A DNA stretch of 64,000 bases. Source: a virus. Location: positions 79,948 through 143,947 of IMG/VR virus record IMGVR_UViG_3300037089_000505; one strand, 5' to 3'. The notes under the pieces are model-generated. The model searched no databases. It had not been told where the DNA came from and was given only the letters and a program-made list of their open reading frames with translations. Each line of letters starts with the position of its first letter. The stretch's first letter is position 1. A program made the translations under genes and the position numbers. Of the stretch, positions 11,791 through 22,377 are shown in pieces.

Positions 11791-13277
11791 CATGTCAAAG
11801 AAAGAACTTGAACCGGTCGAGCTCATCGACATCACGATCAAGGCTTTCGCTCACGGAGCCCTCATTTTCGAGAAGAGCTACCGCAACATCCAATACACTC
11901 TCGACTATGATGATCAGCTCACTGAAATCCAGATCACTGATAGTCTCGGCAAGACAAAGACCCAGTCATTTTTCAACGTCGCCGTCATCGTCACAGAAGA
12001 CTGAAATGACTTTTGATTGGGTTAAAGGCGAGCCGCCGAAAGAATCAAATAAGAAATGGCTGATTGAAATTCGGCCAGAATTTTTCGGTGGTTCACAGAA
12101 GGATTCTGAATACATAGTCATTTCATGGAATCCCATAACACTTTACTATTTGGACTGGCTGGGACATGTAGTTGAGCCTTTCTATATCGCAAGACATGTA
12201 GAGTTGGAGGTCTAAAATGAAATGGCTTATGTATCGCGATCGCCATAGCTCTGGCGTCTCGCACTGGATTTATCGGCCACTCTACGTAGATAAGATCACA
12301 GACGATCTCAAAAAAGACTGTGAAGAAAGCATGCAGGAAAAGTCCAATGAATGGAATTGGTCTGATCACTTCCGAGGCATAGAGTGGAAAATCGTTGACA
12401 CTCGGCATGTCTCAATGAAAGCTATTGCAGCTACTTTGATCGGCATGAAACGATCGGTAAACTATCACAAGATTGCTATCAAAGACCTCAACGGTCAAAT
12501 CCCTCAGATCTTATCTCTACTGGATAACGGCAAGGGTCGCAAAACTGACCCTGATGATATCGAGCAGGCACGTCGAGACAAGCAGCGAGCCAAGAGCATG
12601 AGGGACTTTCAAAAGCGACAGGCGAAAGGAAAATAACATGGCAATATTCGGATGGATCCTTATAGCCCTTATCATTTTCTTTTTAGCCCTTTGGTTACCG
12701 AAGAACTTAGCCACTTATTTGGCAAAATCATGGTTTGAAAATAACTACCCAGATTGGGCTAATCTTCTCCCGTCCTATAATCGCATGTTCTGGAACCCTC
12801 GCCGATGGACAGTAATGTCGTGGTTGAGTTGGCTTCAGAAAAAATTGACCAAACAGCTTGCTGAAGTTGAAAAACAAATCAATCTTGCTGAAGTCATAAG
12901 CAAAGATCCCGAGTTTGCTTCACGACTTGTCAGCTCGGGTGTGTATGATCAAATCCAGCAATGGATCAAGTCTCCTGCAGGTCAAGAATTCAAGAAAGTC
13001 GTAGACGAAATCAACAAAAAGGGAAAAAATGACTAAGATCATAAACTGGCTCTCTAAAAGAATTGATGAAATGAGCCAACAGGGCTATTGGTATTTTGTT
13101 CTCATAACTGCCTGGTGCATCGGCTGGATCATTGCCGATATTGCAACCGGTGGATGGCCTTGGGCTATTGGACTCGCAATCATCTATATACCCTTCGTGA
13201 TTGCTTTTTATAGAAAAATTCGCAAGAAGAAATCCTGAGCTTCGACAAAACGATAGTATCAATCAAAGGAGAGCTAA

Positions 13278-14465
13278 ATGCCAATAACGCAGTCTCTGCT
13301 TAATACCGACCTTTATAAGCTGTCAATGGCTCAAGCGGCTCTTCATCAATTTCCTGGAGCAGAGGTTGAATATGCTTTTAAGTGTCGTAATAAAGCGCAT
13401 TGGACTCCAGAAATTGTAGCTGCTATCAACAAAGAAATAGACGATCTTTGCTCCCTACGATTTACACAAGAGGAGCTTGAATTTCTTTCCCGTATTCGGT
13501 ATCTCAAAAGAGACTTCCTTGATTTTTTGAGTCTCACACAATTGAATCGAAAGCATATCAAAGCATGGCTCGATGAAAATCAAGAACTTCAAATTCGTAT
13601 TAAAGGTAATTGGTTTTTGACTATCTTATTTGAAGTCCCCGTCCTTGCTATCGTCAATGAAATCTACAATCAATTCACCTATCCCAACGTTGGCCCATTT
13701 GTAGGTGGACGTGGTCGCCTTGAAGAAAAAGCAAAGCTGCTCAAAGCCTATCTTTCAAATGGAAATCTACTCTACTTTAGTGACTTTGGAACACGGCGAC
13801 GATACTCCTTCCATTGGCAAAAGGAAGTAGTCAAATTCTTGAAAGACGAATTTGGGCCGTCTGGAGTTTTCACTGGAACTTCAAACGTTCTTCTGGCAAA
13901 GACTTTCGGTCTCCGGCCTATTGGCACCATGGCCCACGAATGGATCCAGTGCGGTCAGGCAACTGGAGTCAGACTCATTGACTCGCAAAAAAGAATGCTT
14001 CAGGCCTGGGTAGACGAATACCGTGGCGACTTGGGCTATGCACTTTCAGATACACTCGGCACTGATGCTTTCGTCAAAGACTTCGACCAGTACTTTGCCA
14101 AGCTCTACGACGGAGTGAGACAAGACTCTGGTGATCCAATCGCTTGGGGGCACAGGATCATTCAGCACTACAAAAAATTGGGCGTTGACCCCAAGACAAA
14201 GTCGCTCATCTTTTCAGATTCATTGGATTTTCCAAAGGCCATCAATATCAATGAGACTTTCAAGAATCAAGCCAAAGTTTCATTCGGTATCGGCACTTAT
14301 CTGACCAATGATATTGAAGGAATTGAGCCACTCAACGTAGTAATCAAAGTGGTCAGGTGCAATGGCCAGCCGGTTGCAAAACTTTCTGACTCACCGGGCA
14401 AAGGCATGTGTGAGGATCAGGATCACGTCACATACCTCAAGAAGGTTTTTGGCATCAAGGAGTAA
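13278..14465 (+). CDS. pncB: nicotinate phosphoribosyltransferase
   Basis: SLLNTDLYKLSM, DFGTRRRYS, GTMAHEW, RQDSGDP and KLSDSPGK. Confidence 0.95.
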   Translation: MPITQSLLNTDLYKLSMAQAALHQFPGAEVEYAFKCRNKAHWTPEIVAAINKEIDDLCSLRFTQEELEFLSRIRYLKRDFLDFLSLTQLNRKHIKAWLDENQELQIRIKGNWFLTILFEVPVLAIVNEIYNQFTYPNVGPFVGGRGRLEEKAKLLKAYLSNGNLLYFSDFGTRRRYSFHWQKEVVKFLKDEFGPSGVFTGTSNVLLAKTFGLRPIGTMAHEWIQCGQATGVRLIDSQKRMLQAWVDEYRGDLGYALSDTLGTDAFVKDFDQYFAKLYDGVRQDSGDPIAWGHRIIQHYKKLGVDPKTKSLIFSDSLDFPKAININETFKNQAKVSFGIGTYLTNDIEGIEPLNVVIKVVRCNGQPVAKLSDSPGKGMCEDQDHVTYLKKVFGIKE

Positions 14466-15847
14466 CACATGGTTATGCTTATTGGTCTCGGTCTTTTGTT
14501 TGCCGGCGGCTTTGTTTGGCTCTCCGTGACAAATGATAGGGCAAGTTTCGGGGAGATCGGCGTCCTGGTCATAATGGCAATAGCTATTGCCGGCTTTATC
14601 ACTATGGAAGTCTCGAAAGCAGTAAAGAGCCAGATCGTATCTGAGAAGATAAGTGTGACCATCCTCGATGACGACAAGGCTATCTTCCATGATAATGGCA
14701 AAGATATGGATATCAATACTACGAAGTTTGAAAGTATTGTGTTCACAGGCGACAAGCTCTTTGTCCAAAAGACTTCAAGAATGTATCCCAAAAATATTTG
14801 GCTTCTCGACATGACTTCGTCCAACTACGTTTTGATAATTCCAGAGGTGGCAACAAAATATGCTCCCAAAGGAGAATAGAGATATGAGAGTCGGCGACAT
14901 GGTCAGAAACAGCAAAGAACAAAGACTTTATTGCGGATGTGGAATGTATCCATACGCTATAGTCATGTCCCTCGATCCCTTCATCTTGGTATCAGAGGAG
15001 ACTGATATGAGATGGGACCATGTTCTCAGAGAAGAGATGGACGAAATAGTTGGACGGGCAAAGACTTCCACTATTCTGCGATGTCTTTGCCGCCTTTCTC
15101 TAAAAGAAAAGATAAAATTTTTAAATTGGTCTAAATGAATAAGCGTAAGGTCATTCATCTTTTGAAAGGAGTACGCTACGCGAAGATAAGAGCTGATTTA
15201 TCGTTTTTGAATGGCGGTGAAATTCCTTACAAAAATCATTGGGGTAATTGGGTTTGGCGCGATCCTTCTGTACCAGAGGACAAAAATTGGGGCGGGCTAA
15301 AGCCTCCCAATAGTACTTGCATCCCAGTTCTCTATAATGGAATTTGGCACTGGAAACATTTTCTTTAAAGGAAACTCTATGATAATTGCATTGAGCCTTT
15401 TTGCAGCTGTAGTAATAGTTGCACTTATTAGCTATGGGATCACATGGCTTAGTGATCTGTGGTGGAAACATGCAGTAAGTCGAATGCTTCACAAATTAGC
15501 CAAAAAATATTCAACAAAAGATCCTCACGTGCATGATGTCTTAGAAAAATTTGCCAAGGACTGGGATAAAGATCATTTGTTTGGTAAAGGAATAAAATGA
15601 AGCTTGAACAAATGTGTTCCTATAATAGCATGACTGGTATGTATCCAGATCATGTTTGGGGTGGGGAACCCCGATATGAAAAGGCACGGCGGGTACGATG
15701 CCCAACATGTGGGCGATCAATGATGGCCGCAGTACGTTATTGTCATGATGGCTGTTGCGCTTTTCAATGTATTCCGCCTCATAAGAAAAAGGGCTGGTGG
15801 AAAAAACCAAAACCCAAACCAGTTGAGCACAGACATCCGAGGAGAGT

Positions 15848-16165
15848 ATGAAAAAATACGGCACAACTCCAGAGAAGACGCGAGAGATATGGCGTTCTAT
15901 CAATATCCGCAAAGTTCTCAAGAAACATATTGCTTGTCAAAGATGTGGTCTTTGTTGCAAAGCTGGAGTTTGTGGAGTTGGAAAAGAAGATAAAAATGGT
16001 CGATGTATTTTTCTTGTAAAACTAGAGGACAAATATTCTTGTAAACTCTACGCTCAAGGAAAAGTTGAAGGCGGCCGAATAGGCATAGGAAACGGTTGTG
16101 TTGTTCGAGCTTTGCCACGCGAGTTCTTCAGTTTTTATAGCGACAATTATGGGCCATTGCCATGA
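15848..16165 (+). CDS. CxxCxxCC (YkgJ-like) cysteine-cluster protein
   Basis: CQRCGLCC...CIFL...CKLY pattern. Confidence 0.6.
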   Translation: MKKYGTTPEKTREIWRSINIRKVLKKHIACQRCGLCCKAGVCGVGKEDKNGRCIFLVKLEDKYSCKLYAQGKVEGGRIGIGNGCVVRALPREFFSFYSDNYGPLP

Positions 16166-17012
16166 TTAGTGAATTTCTTAAATTTTATGCGTCTCGGTTT
16201 CATCTCATAGATCTTCCGAATACAAGAAAACCTGGAGAAGAAGTTTATAAAGTAGACGATTGGTCTAAAGTAACGCCAGTTGATATTAAAGGAGATTACT
16301 TGGCAGTCTTTGCGGGCTTTGCCTATCCAAACGATACTGACTCTAGCCAGACAAATTTAATTCATATTAAAGAAGCATATGACCTTGTGGGGAATGGCGA
16401 GTGCGTTCGTATCATTTTGGATCCTGGTAAGATGAATAATTTTGCGACACTCGTAGAGGGTAGGGAAAAGACTTTGACTCTACTTAAACTTAAAAGCTGA
16501 TGGGCTTCGAAGTAAATCTATAATCAATCATGGCCAAATTCCGGGTCAGACTCAGAGCGAAAGTTCAACTTTCAACTGGGAAGAAATACTTAGACTTAGA
16601 GGATCTACTCGTTTTCTTCAAGTTAAGCAAAGAAGTCTGTTATGGTTTAACGGCTGATCAAGTTTACGATTACCTCATCAAAATTATGGAACGTTGGAAG
16701 GAAGAATCTCTATGACAGAGCAAGAAGCAAATCAACTCGTTCGAGACTTATTTTCTGGTCTCACCTGCTATATTCGCAATATAGAAGTAGAAGCTATTTA
16801 TGGCGATTACGTTTTGGTACATCACAAAAGCCATCCCGAATGGTGTGGTCGAATGACGGGTCTGCAAACGAAGCATACCACGCTCTTGTTCACAAAGATA
16901 TGAAACGGGGTAGATCAATTAGCGCAGAACGCGAAGCAGTTCTTTACATTTCCGGACGGCTTAACAAAGAGAAACGAGCTCTAATTACCGAGAGAGTAAA
17001 GCAGCCTTTTGT

Positions 17013-17031
17013 TTCGAAGTAGCTATATAAT
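17013..17031 (+). promoter_or_regulatory. example of promoter class A, TTCGAN-N7-TANNNT
   Basis: TTCGAA-gtagcta-TATAAT, 6 nt before the ATG; same spacing at 12 other sites. Confidence 0.75.
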
Positions 17032-17037
17032 TACTCT

Positions 17038-17616
17038 ATGGAACTCTTGAAATTCATCGACACCAATTCTGATTGGAAAGAAAAAATCCAAGCCGAACCT
17101 TTTTGTGTCAAGGTTGAGGAAGACGAACACTACGTCCTTCTGAAATACGATCAGATTCATTCTGACTTCAATATTCCCATGGTTCGGGAATGTCGGGGTA
17201 TCATCCTTACCAAAGACACTCATGAAGTGGTTTGCCATCCCTTCGACAAATTCGGCAACTATGGTGAGGGATACTGCCCAGAGATAGACTGGGCTACTGC
17301 TCGAGTTCAGTCCAAAATCGATGGCTGCTGTGATGCCGATGTTAAACTCATTACCAAAACCGGTGAAAAGGCTATAAAAGAAATCGTTGAGGGCGAAGAA
17401 GTCCTCACTTTCAATTTCGAAAAAGACCAACCAGAATTTAATGTTGTAAAGGCAACTTCCAAAAAATTCAACAACAACGATTGGTATGAAATAGAACTAG
17501 AAAATGACCAGAAAATAAAACTGACTGGTAATCATCGTGTTTGGGTAGAAAATCTGAAATGTTATCGCCAAGTAAAAGATCTGAAAGGCGATGAGGAGGA
17601 GGTTAAATTTATATGA
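17038..17616 (+). CDS. T4 Rnl1-like RNA ligase N-extein (96 aa) fused to split-intein N-fragment (96 aa, from 17326)
   Basis: RECRGIIL and PFDKFGNYGE, then KIDG|CCDAD (intein block A) and KLTGNHRVW (block B TxxH); ends without a C-terminal splice junction. Confidence 0.9.
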   Translation: MELLKFIDTNSDWKEKIQAEPFCVKVEEDEHYVLLKYDQIHSDFNIPMVRECRGIILTKDTHEVVCHPFDKFGNYGEGYCPEIDWATARVQSKIDGCCDADVKLITKTGEKAIKEIVEGEEVLTFNFEKDQPEFNVVKATSKKFNNNDWYEIELENDQKIKLTGNHRVWVENLKCYRQVKDLKGDEEEVKFI

Positions 17617-17996
17617 TTTTAAAAATAATTCTAACAGTAGTAATGTTAGTAGTTGCATTAGTAGTTGGATTTTTACTACCCAATAATATAAGCTTTTTAG
17701 GCTCGCTTATTTTATTGGTAGTATTCTATGTAGTCTATTTTGTTTTTATTAAGCCAGTTATAAAAATGATCGACAAAGAGCTTCATTCATTCGAGCGTAT
17801 AAGCAAAAAAATTATTGCAAAATATGGTACCCCAGATGAGCGAGGAATTTCTATTTTTCCAGAAGAAAAAATGAGAGACGTGGGAGTATTAGAAGAGATT
17901 ACGTGGACATGGCATAAAAAAGAGGGCGACTGGAAAGTCGTTTTTTATAGAGATAAAGATGGATGGGCAGATTATGATGATGCTGCAGAAAGTTAA
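17613..17996 (+). CDS. membrane protein (passenger inside the fractured ligase locus)
   Basis: two N-terminal hydrophobic helices; ATGA overlap with the upstream ORF. Confidence 0.65.
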   Translation: MILKIILTVVMLVVALVVGFLLPNNISFLGSLILLVVFYVVYFVFIKPVIKMIDKELHSFERISKKIIAKYGTPDERGISIFPEEKMRDVGVLEEITWTWHKKEGDWKVVFYRDKDGWADYDDAAES

Positions 17997-18037
17997 GCGT
18001 CCCATCAACTTTTCATTGAATTTGACAAGATAACTCA

Positions 18038-19060
18038 ATGAGAAATATAAAAGAAAGTGTTTGTGTTTGCGGACAAAAAATTACAAACATATCAGCGATA
18101 AATCATAAAAGACATTGCCCGGTCTTTTTAAAATACCGTGATAAGTGTCTCACTAAAGAATTTATTCAAAAAGAATATATTGAAAAGGGTCGGTCTTTAG
18201 AAGAAATACACAGAGAGCTTTCGATCCCAAGAAAATATATTGAAAGCAAAGTTTTAGAGTTTGGTTTCCAATTAAGAAACATAAAACAATCTAAAGCAAC
18301 TCAATACACAAAGAACAAAACGATAGCGACTACTATTGATAGATACAGCGATGTAAATGTTTTGGGCAAGAATTCGCCAATTTACAATGAAAGAAATAAG
18401 ACAGTAAAGCAAAGGTATGGCGTAAATAACGTATTTCAGCTGGCTGCCGTGAAAGAACAAATCACCAATAGTCATCTTGAAAAATACGGCAAGAAAAGAA
18501 TTACTAATGGACAAAAAATATCAACAACGAGAAAAGAAAAATTTAAAGCAGGCGAATATAAATATTTCAGTAGAGCAATGTCAGAGACAGCCAAAAGCAC
18601 TTATAATAAATTAAGCGAAAAAGAAAAAGTAGACAAAATGGTTCATATGAGAAAGTTTATAGACGTGAATTCTTTTATGTCAAGACCAGAAGAGAAAGTG
18701 GCGTTGATATTAACAGAGCTTAAGATTGAATTTCAACATACACTTTTCATAGGTCCATTTTCTTACGATTTTCATATCAAACATACGCCCGTAGTAATTG
18801 AAGTTCAAGGAGATTATTGGCACGCTTCCCCAGACAGATATGAAGCTAAAGATTTACTTAGCAGACCGGGTAATAAGCTTGTTGAAGCTCAAGAGATATG
18901 GGTCAAAGATGCGGCTAAGAGGGCATACATCGAAAAATATGGATACAAAGTTTTTTACATTTGGGAACACGAACTCAAAGATTTGAAGAGTATCGAAGGT
19001 AGGTTAATATCTCTGTATGAAGAGCATAAAAATAAAAAGCATCAAGAAGATTACAAATAA
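18038..19060 (+). CDS. free-standing Vsr/DUF559-like homing endonuclease
   Basis: SRPE...YDF...VIEVQGDYWH...KD..K...GYKVFYIWE; KYG/RYGV repeats; sits between split-intein halves. Confidence 0.85.
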   Translation: MRNIKESVCVCGQKITNISAINHKRHCPVFLKYRDKCLTKEFIQKEYIEKGRSLEEIHRELSIPRKYIESKVLEFGFQLRNIKQSKATQYTKNKTIATTIDRYSDVNVLGKNSPIYNERNKTVKQRYGVNNVFQLAAVKEQITNSHLEKYGKKRITNGQKISTTRKEKFKAGEYKYFSRAMSETAKSTYNKLSEKEKVDKMVHMRKFIDVNSFMSRPEEKVALILTELKIEFQHTLFIGPFSYDFHIKHTPVVIEVQGDYWHASPDRYEAKDLLSRPGNKLVEAQEIWVKDAAKRAYIEKYGYKVFYIWEHELKDLKSIEGRLISLYEEHKNKKHQEDYK

Positions 19061-19910
19061 CTCGAAGAGATATGATGTCCAAACTGACAACGGCAATTTC
19101 TTCGCGAATAATATCCTCGTCCACAACTCTCTCATCAAGGTTTGGTACCATAACTTCTGGCACGTCTCTTCCAACGGTATGATCGACGCTGGGTCTTGCG
19201 ATCTCTCTCTTCCGTTCGGAAGCTACAAGACGCTCGGCGATCTTTTCAGCCAGGCCTTTTTCTTCAAACACAAGAAGAGCTTGAATGATCTCAACAAGAA
19301 CTACACCTATATGTTCGAGCTCATCAGCCCCTACAATCGGGTAGTCATTCCTTACACCGAGATTGACATTTACCATATCGGCACCAGGGAAACGAAGACT
19401 GGAATAGAGCTTATCATTGATATCGGAATTCAGAGACCGAAAGAATTCAATCTTCATACTCTGGATGATGTAATCGCCGCGGCAAAAGTCCTCCCCTTCA
19501 ATGATGAAGGCTACGTGGTGGTTGACGGAAAATGGAATAGAGCGAAGATCAAGTCGCCAGCTTATGTCGCCGTCCATCATCTCAGGGGCGAAGGCAATCT
19601 TTCCTACAAGCGAGTCCTGGTCTTGATCATGTCCAATGAACATACTGAGTTTCTGAACTACTTCCCTGAGTATGTTGAAGTATTCGGTCAGGTAGAAAAG
19701 AAGTATAAAGACTACGTCGAGAAACTCCTTCAGTCTGCAACTGACGCAATTCAGTATAAGAGCTTGCCTCGAAAAGAATATGCCATGTGGGCAACCAAAC
19801 AGGTTGAGCCGGCCTTTCTTTTCCAACTCCTTGATGGAAGGATCAAGACGGCTGAGGAATACTTGGAACAGGTCGGGCCCGAAAAGGTTGCCAAGAAGTT
19901 GGGATACTAA
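19017..19910 (+). CDS. split-intein C-fragment (37 aa, 19017-19127) fused to RNA ligase C-extein (260 aa)
   Basis: basic MKSIKIKSIKK, YDVQT.NGNFFANNILVHN|S; then TYMFELISPYNRVVIPY, EGYVVVD and KIKSPAY ligase motifs. Confidence 0.9.
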   Translation: MKSIKIKSIKKITNNSKRYDVQTDNGNFFANNILVHNSLIKVWYHNFWHVSSNGMIDAGSCDLSLPFGSYKTLGDLFSQAFFFKHKKSLNDLNKNYTYMFELISPYNRVVIPYTEIDIYHIGTRETKTGIELIIDIGIQRPKEFNLHTLDDVIAAAKVLPFNDEGYVVVDGKWNRAKIKSPAYVAVHHLRGEGNLSYKRVLVLIMSNEHTEFLNYFPEYVEVFGQVEKKYKDYVEKLLQSATDAIQYKSLPRKEYAMWATKQVEPAFLFQLLDGRIKTAEEYLEQVGPEKVAKKLGY

Positions 19911-20159
19911 TGCTGAGCAAATTTCATACATTCATCTTGAAGCACTTTTTTAAAATATTAGTGCTGATGATGTCTATCTTTGGTATTGCAATTGGTCTTG
20001 GGTTGAACTACTTTTTCGGCCTCTCGCTTTTCGTATGTATTTGTTCAGGTGTAGTTCTCGGACCACACTTGACTTTCGTGATTTTATTTGCTATCTTTCT
20101 TTTGCCATATACTCAGGGTAAACTTAAACCTAACGCATAATTGAAGGAGAGGTAAACAA

Positions 20160-20987
20160 ATGATTCCTGGTATCCCCCTTCATCATATTTTCGATTGGTT
20201 CTTTCAACCTGTCAAAGAGTCGCCTGAAGACGACGATATGCTCTACTACATGCACATTTCAAATCCCAAATATAAGACGCCCACCAATCTGGCCAAGCTT
20301 TGGGACGACCTCTGGAATGTAGTTTGGCATCGCAATTTCGGAACATATGGACGGTTCACTCACGATCTTTATTGGGGGACTCGTTATCTCCTTCAAAGAA
20401 TTTTCAGAGCTGATCACACTCCTGACATTGAGCTTTTTGATATGATCTATCCTATGACCAAGAGGATTCTACCCAAGCTCAAGGCCTTCAGAAGGTATGC
20501 TGGCGAACACGGTCATGGTTACCCTACATACTTTTGCGATTGGGCGCCCACCAAGCACGACCCCAAGTACGGCGGAATAGGCATGACCAAAGCTCAATAT
20601 GACAAAGCTAAGAAAGAAGGAAAGTTCGCCGGCGGAGGACCTAAAGCTTGGCTCAAGACCATTGATGAAATGATTTTCGGTTTTGAACGGATTCTCTGCT
20701 ACGACAACATCAAAACCAAAGAAGCTGAGGTTTTCCTCAAGAAATATCATCTCCCTAACATTTGGGCTAAGACCGCCAAAAATCGCCACATGTCCTATTA
20801 CTATAGGAGCAAGAGTGGCAACTTCATGAGCTCTGGTGCTCCCATCAAGAAGAGCGAAGAGAAGAAATACACTTTCTTGGGCAAACATACCTATTATCAT
20901 AACTACGACGCAGAGAATAAAATCTACGAAAGGGCACAGAAGGGTTTGGATCTTTTTGCTAAGCACTTCTTGTCGCTATGGGATTGA
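20160..20987 (+). CDS. hypothetical protein
   Basis: long ORF with SD; W..TIDEMIFGF and GLDLFAKHF.SLWD resemble a common phage hypothetical family. Confidence 0.6.
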   Translation: MIPGIPLHHIFDWFFQPVKESPEDDDMLYYMHISNPKYKTPTNLAKLWDDLWNVVWHRNFGTYGRFTHDLYWGTRYLLQRIFRADHTPDIELFDMIYPMTKRILPKLKAFRRYAGEHGHGYPTYFCDWAPTKHDPKYGGIGMTKAQYDKAKKEGKFAGGGPKAWLKTIDEMIFGFERILCYDNIKTKEAEVFLKKYHLPNIWAKTAKNRHMSYYYRSKSGNFMSSGAPIKKSEEKKYTFLGKHTYYHNYDAENKIYERAQKGLDLFAKHFLSLWD

Positions 20988-21636
20988 CCGAGTCAGCAAA
21001 GAAATTTACTCTTCATCTCCTCAAGGGTCATATTTGTTCTAACTGCAAATATGGTATAATTCATAACAGCTACCAAATGCGGGAAGGCAGACGTGTTCCG
21101 GGGTGGACGTGGTGTGTAACCAATAATATGGATGTAGATCCAAGCGATAGTTGTAAACGATATGACAGGAAAGAAAGAGATACTCCGCCTCCTTAAAGGT
21201 TGTAGTTGCGAAAATTGTCGCTTTTCTTTTGGACAAGAAAAGACAACTGTAAAAATTCCCTATGAACACGATCGTTCAATAGGCGGTAGAAAGAATGTTA
21301 CATCTTGGATTTGGTATTGCAATAATAAATTTCAACATCGAGATCTTGACAAAGTAGTTTGCATAGAACCTACTGAATATTGTGAAAGATATGACAGAAA
21401 AGAAAGAAACACTCCGTCTTCTTAAAGATCATTCTTGTCTCACCTGTAAATTTAGTTGGAAGTCTAAAGGAGTTCTTGTTCCTTTTTATGGTGACACTGG
21501 AATACCAATGCCTACTCCACGAATTTGTGATTACGATAACATAGTGATTCACCGTCCTCAAGGTAGAGAATATGCAATGACTAAAGAAGTAAACGATTTA
21601 TACTACTGTCCTTTATATGAAAAGCTTCGTGGCTAA
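20978..21636 (+). CDS. three tandem overlapping paralogous CxxC microproteins (20978-21196, 21162-21425, 21391-21636)
   Basis: shared LxLLKxxxCxxCx(Y/F) N-termini. Confidence 0.7.
21159..21427 (+). repeat. ~40-nt imperfect direct repeat at gene junctions (21159-21198, 21388-21427)
   Basis: gatatgacaggaaagaaagagatactccgcctccttaaag vs gatatgacagaaaagaaagaaacactccgtcttcttaaag. Confidence 0.85.
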
Positions 21637-22377
21637 CATATATTAAACACATGGCTATTACATTAGGCATCATTGCTATACTCTATTTAGCAGGTGGCAT
21701 CACTTTCGGTATGATCTTTGATCGTGAAGCCGAAAACTTTTGCGACCTCTTCGAAGGCACTGCTGGTCGTTTCATGAATTGGATTTTCTGGGCTCATAAC
21801 GGTGGCACCTATTTGGTCTTCATCGGACTTGCTACTATGATATGGCCCATCTCGGCTATACTCACAGCTATTTGTTATTTCAGAGCATAGGAGAAAACAA
21901 TGATTGCTATCGTTATTTTGGCTACAATCATCTATCTCTTTATCGGCTTTGTTGGAGTCATCTACTTGAACGAGGAAGAAATTCTTGACGGTGTCATCGA
22001 CGATGAAGACAGCGTCTTTTCTTGGATTTTGAGCTGGCTCATCTATACGACTCCGATCATCAAGTGGGCTTTCTATTTTTTACTTGCTTTGATCTGGCCT
22101 ATCGGAGCTGTGGTGGCGGCAATCATTTATCTGTCATACATCGTCTAAGGAGATCAAATGGACGACCTAATCAAAGCTCTTCAAATCATGCGGAAGTATT
22201 GTAAAAACGAATACGCTCCGTGTTCTTGTGAACACGATATTCTCTACGTCAATTGCGTGGATCCCGCTAACGTTTCTGAGGAAGACATAAAGGCACTCGA
22301 TGAATTGGGGTTCAGTCCGAATTCTTCTTGGCCAGCATTCTATTCTTTCAGATTCGGATCCTGCTAAGGAAAAACAT

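Noticed and set aside
18975-19931. 318-aa minus-strand ORF
   Set aside because: Antisense shadow of the RNA ligase C-extein
21159-21427. CRISPR-like repeat or DGR template/variable repeat
   Set aside because: Only two imperfect copies inside coding overlaps, mismatches not restricted to adenines, and no cas or reverse transcriptase gene in the window
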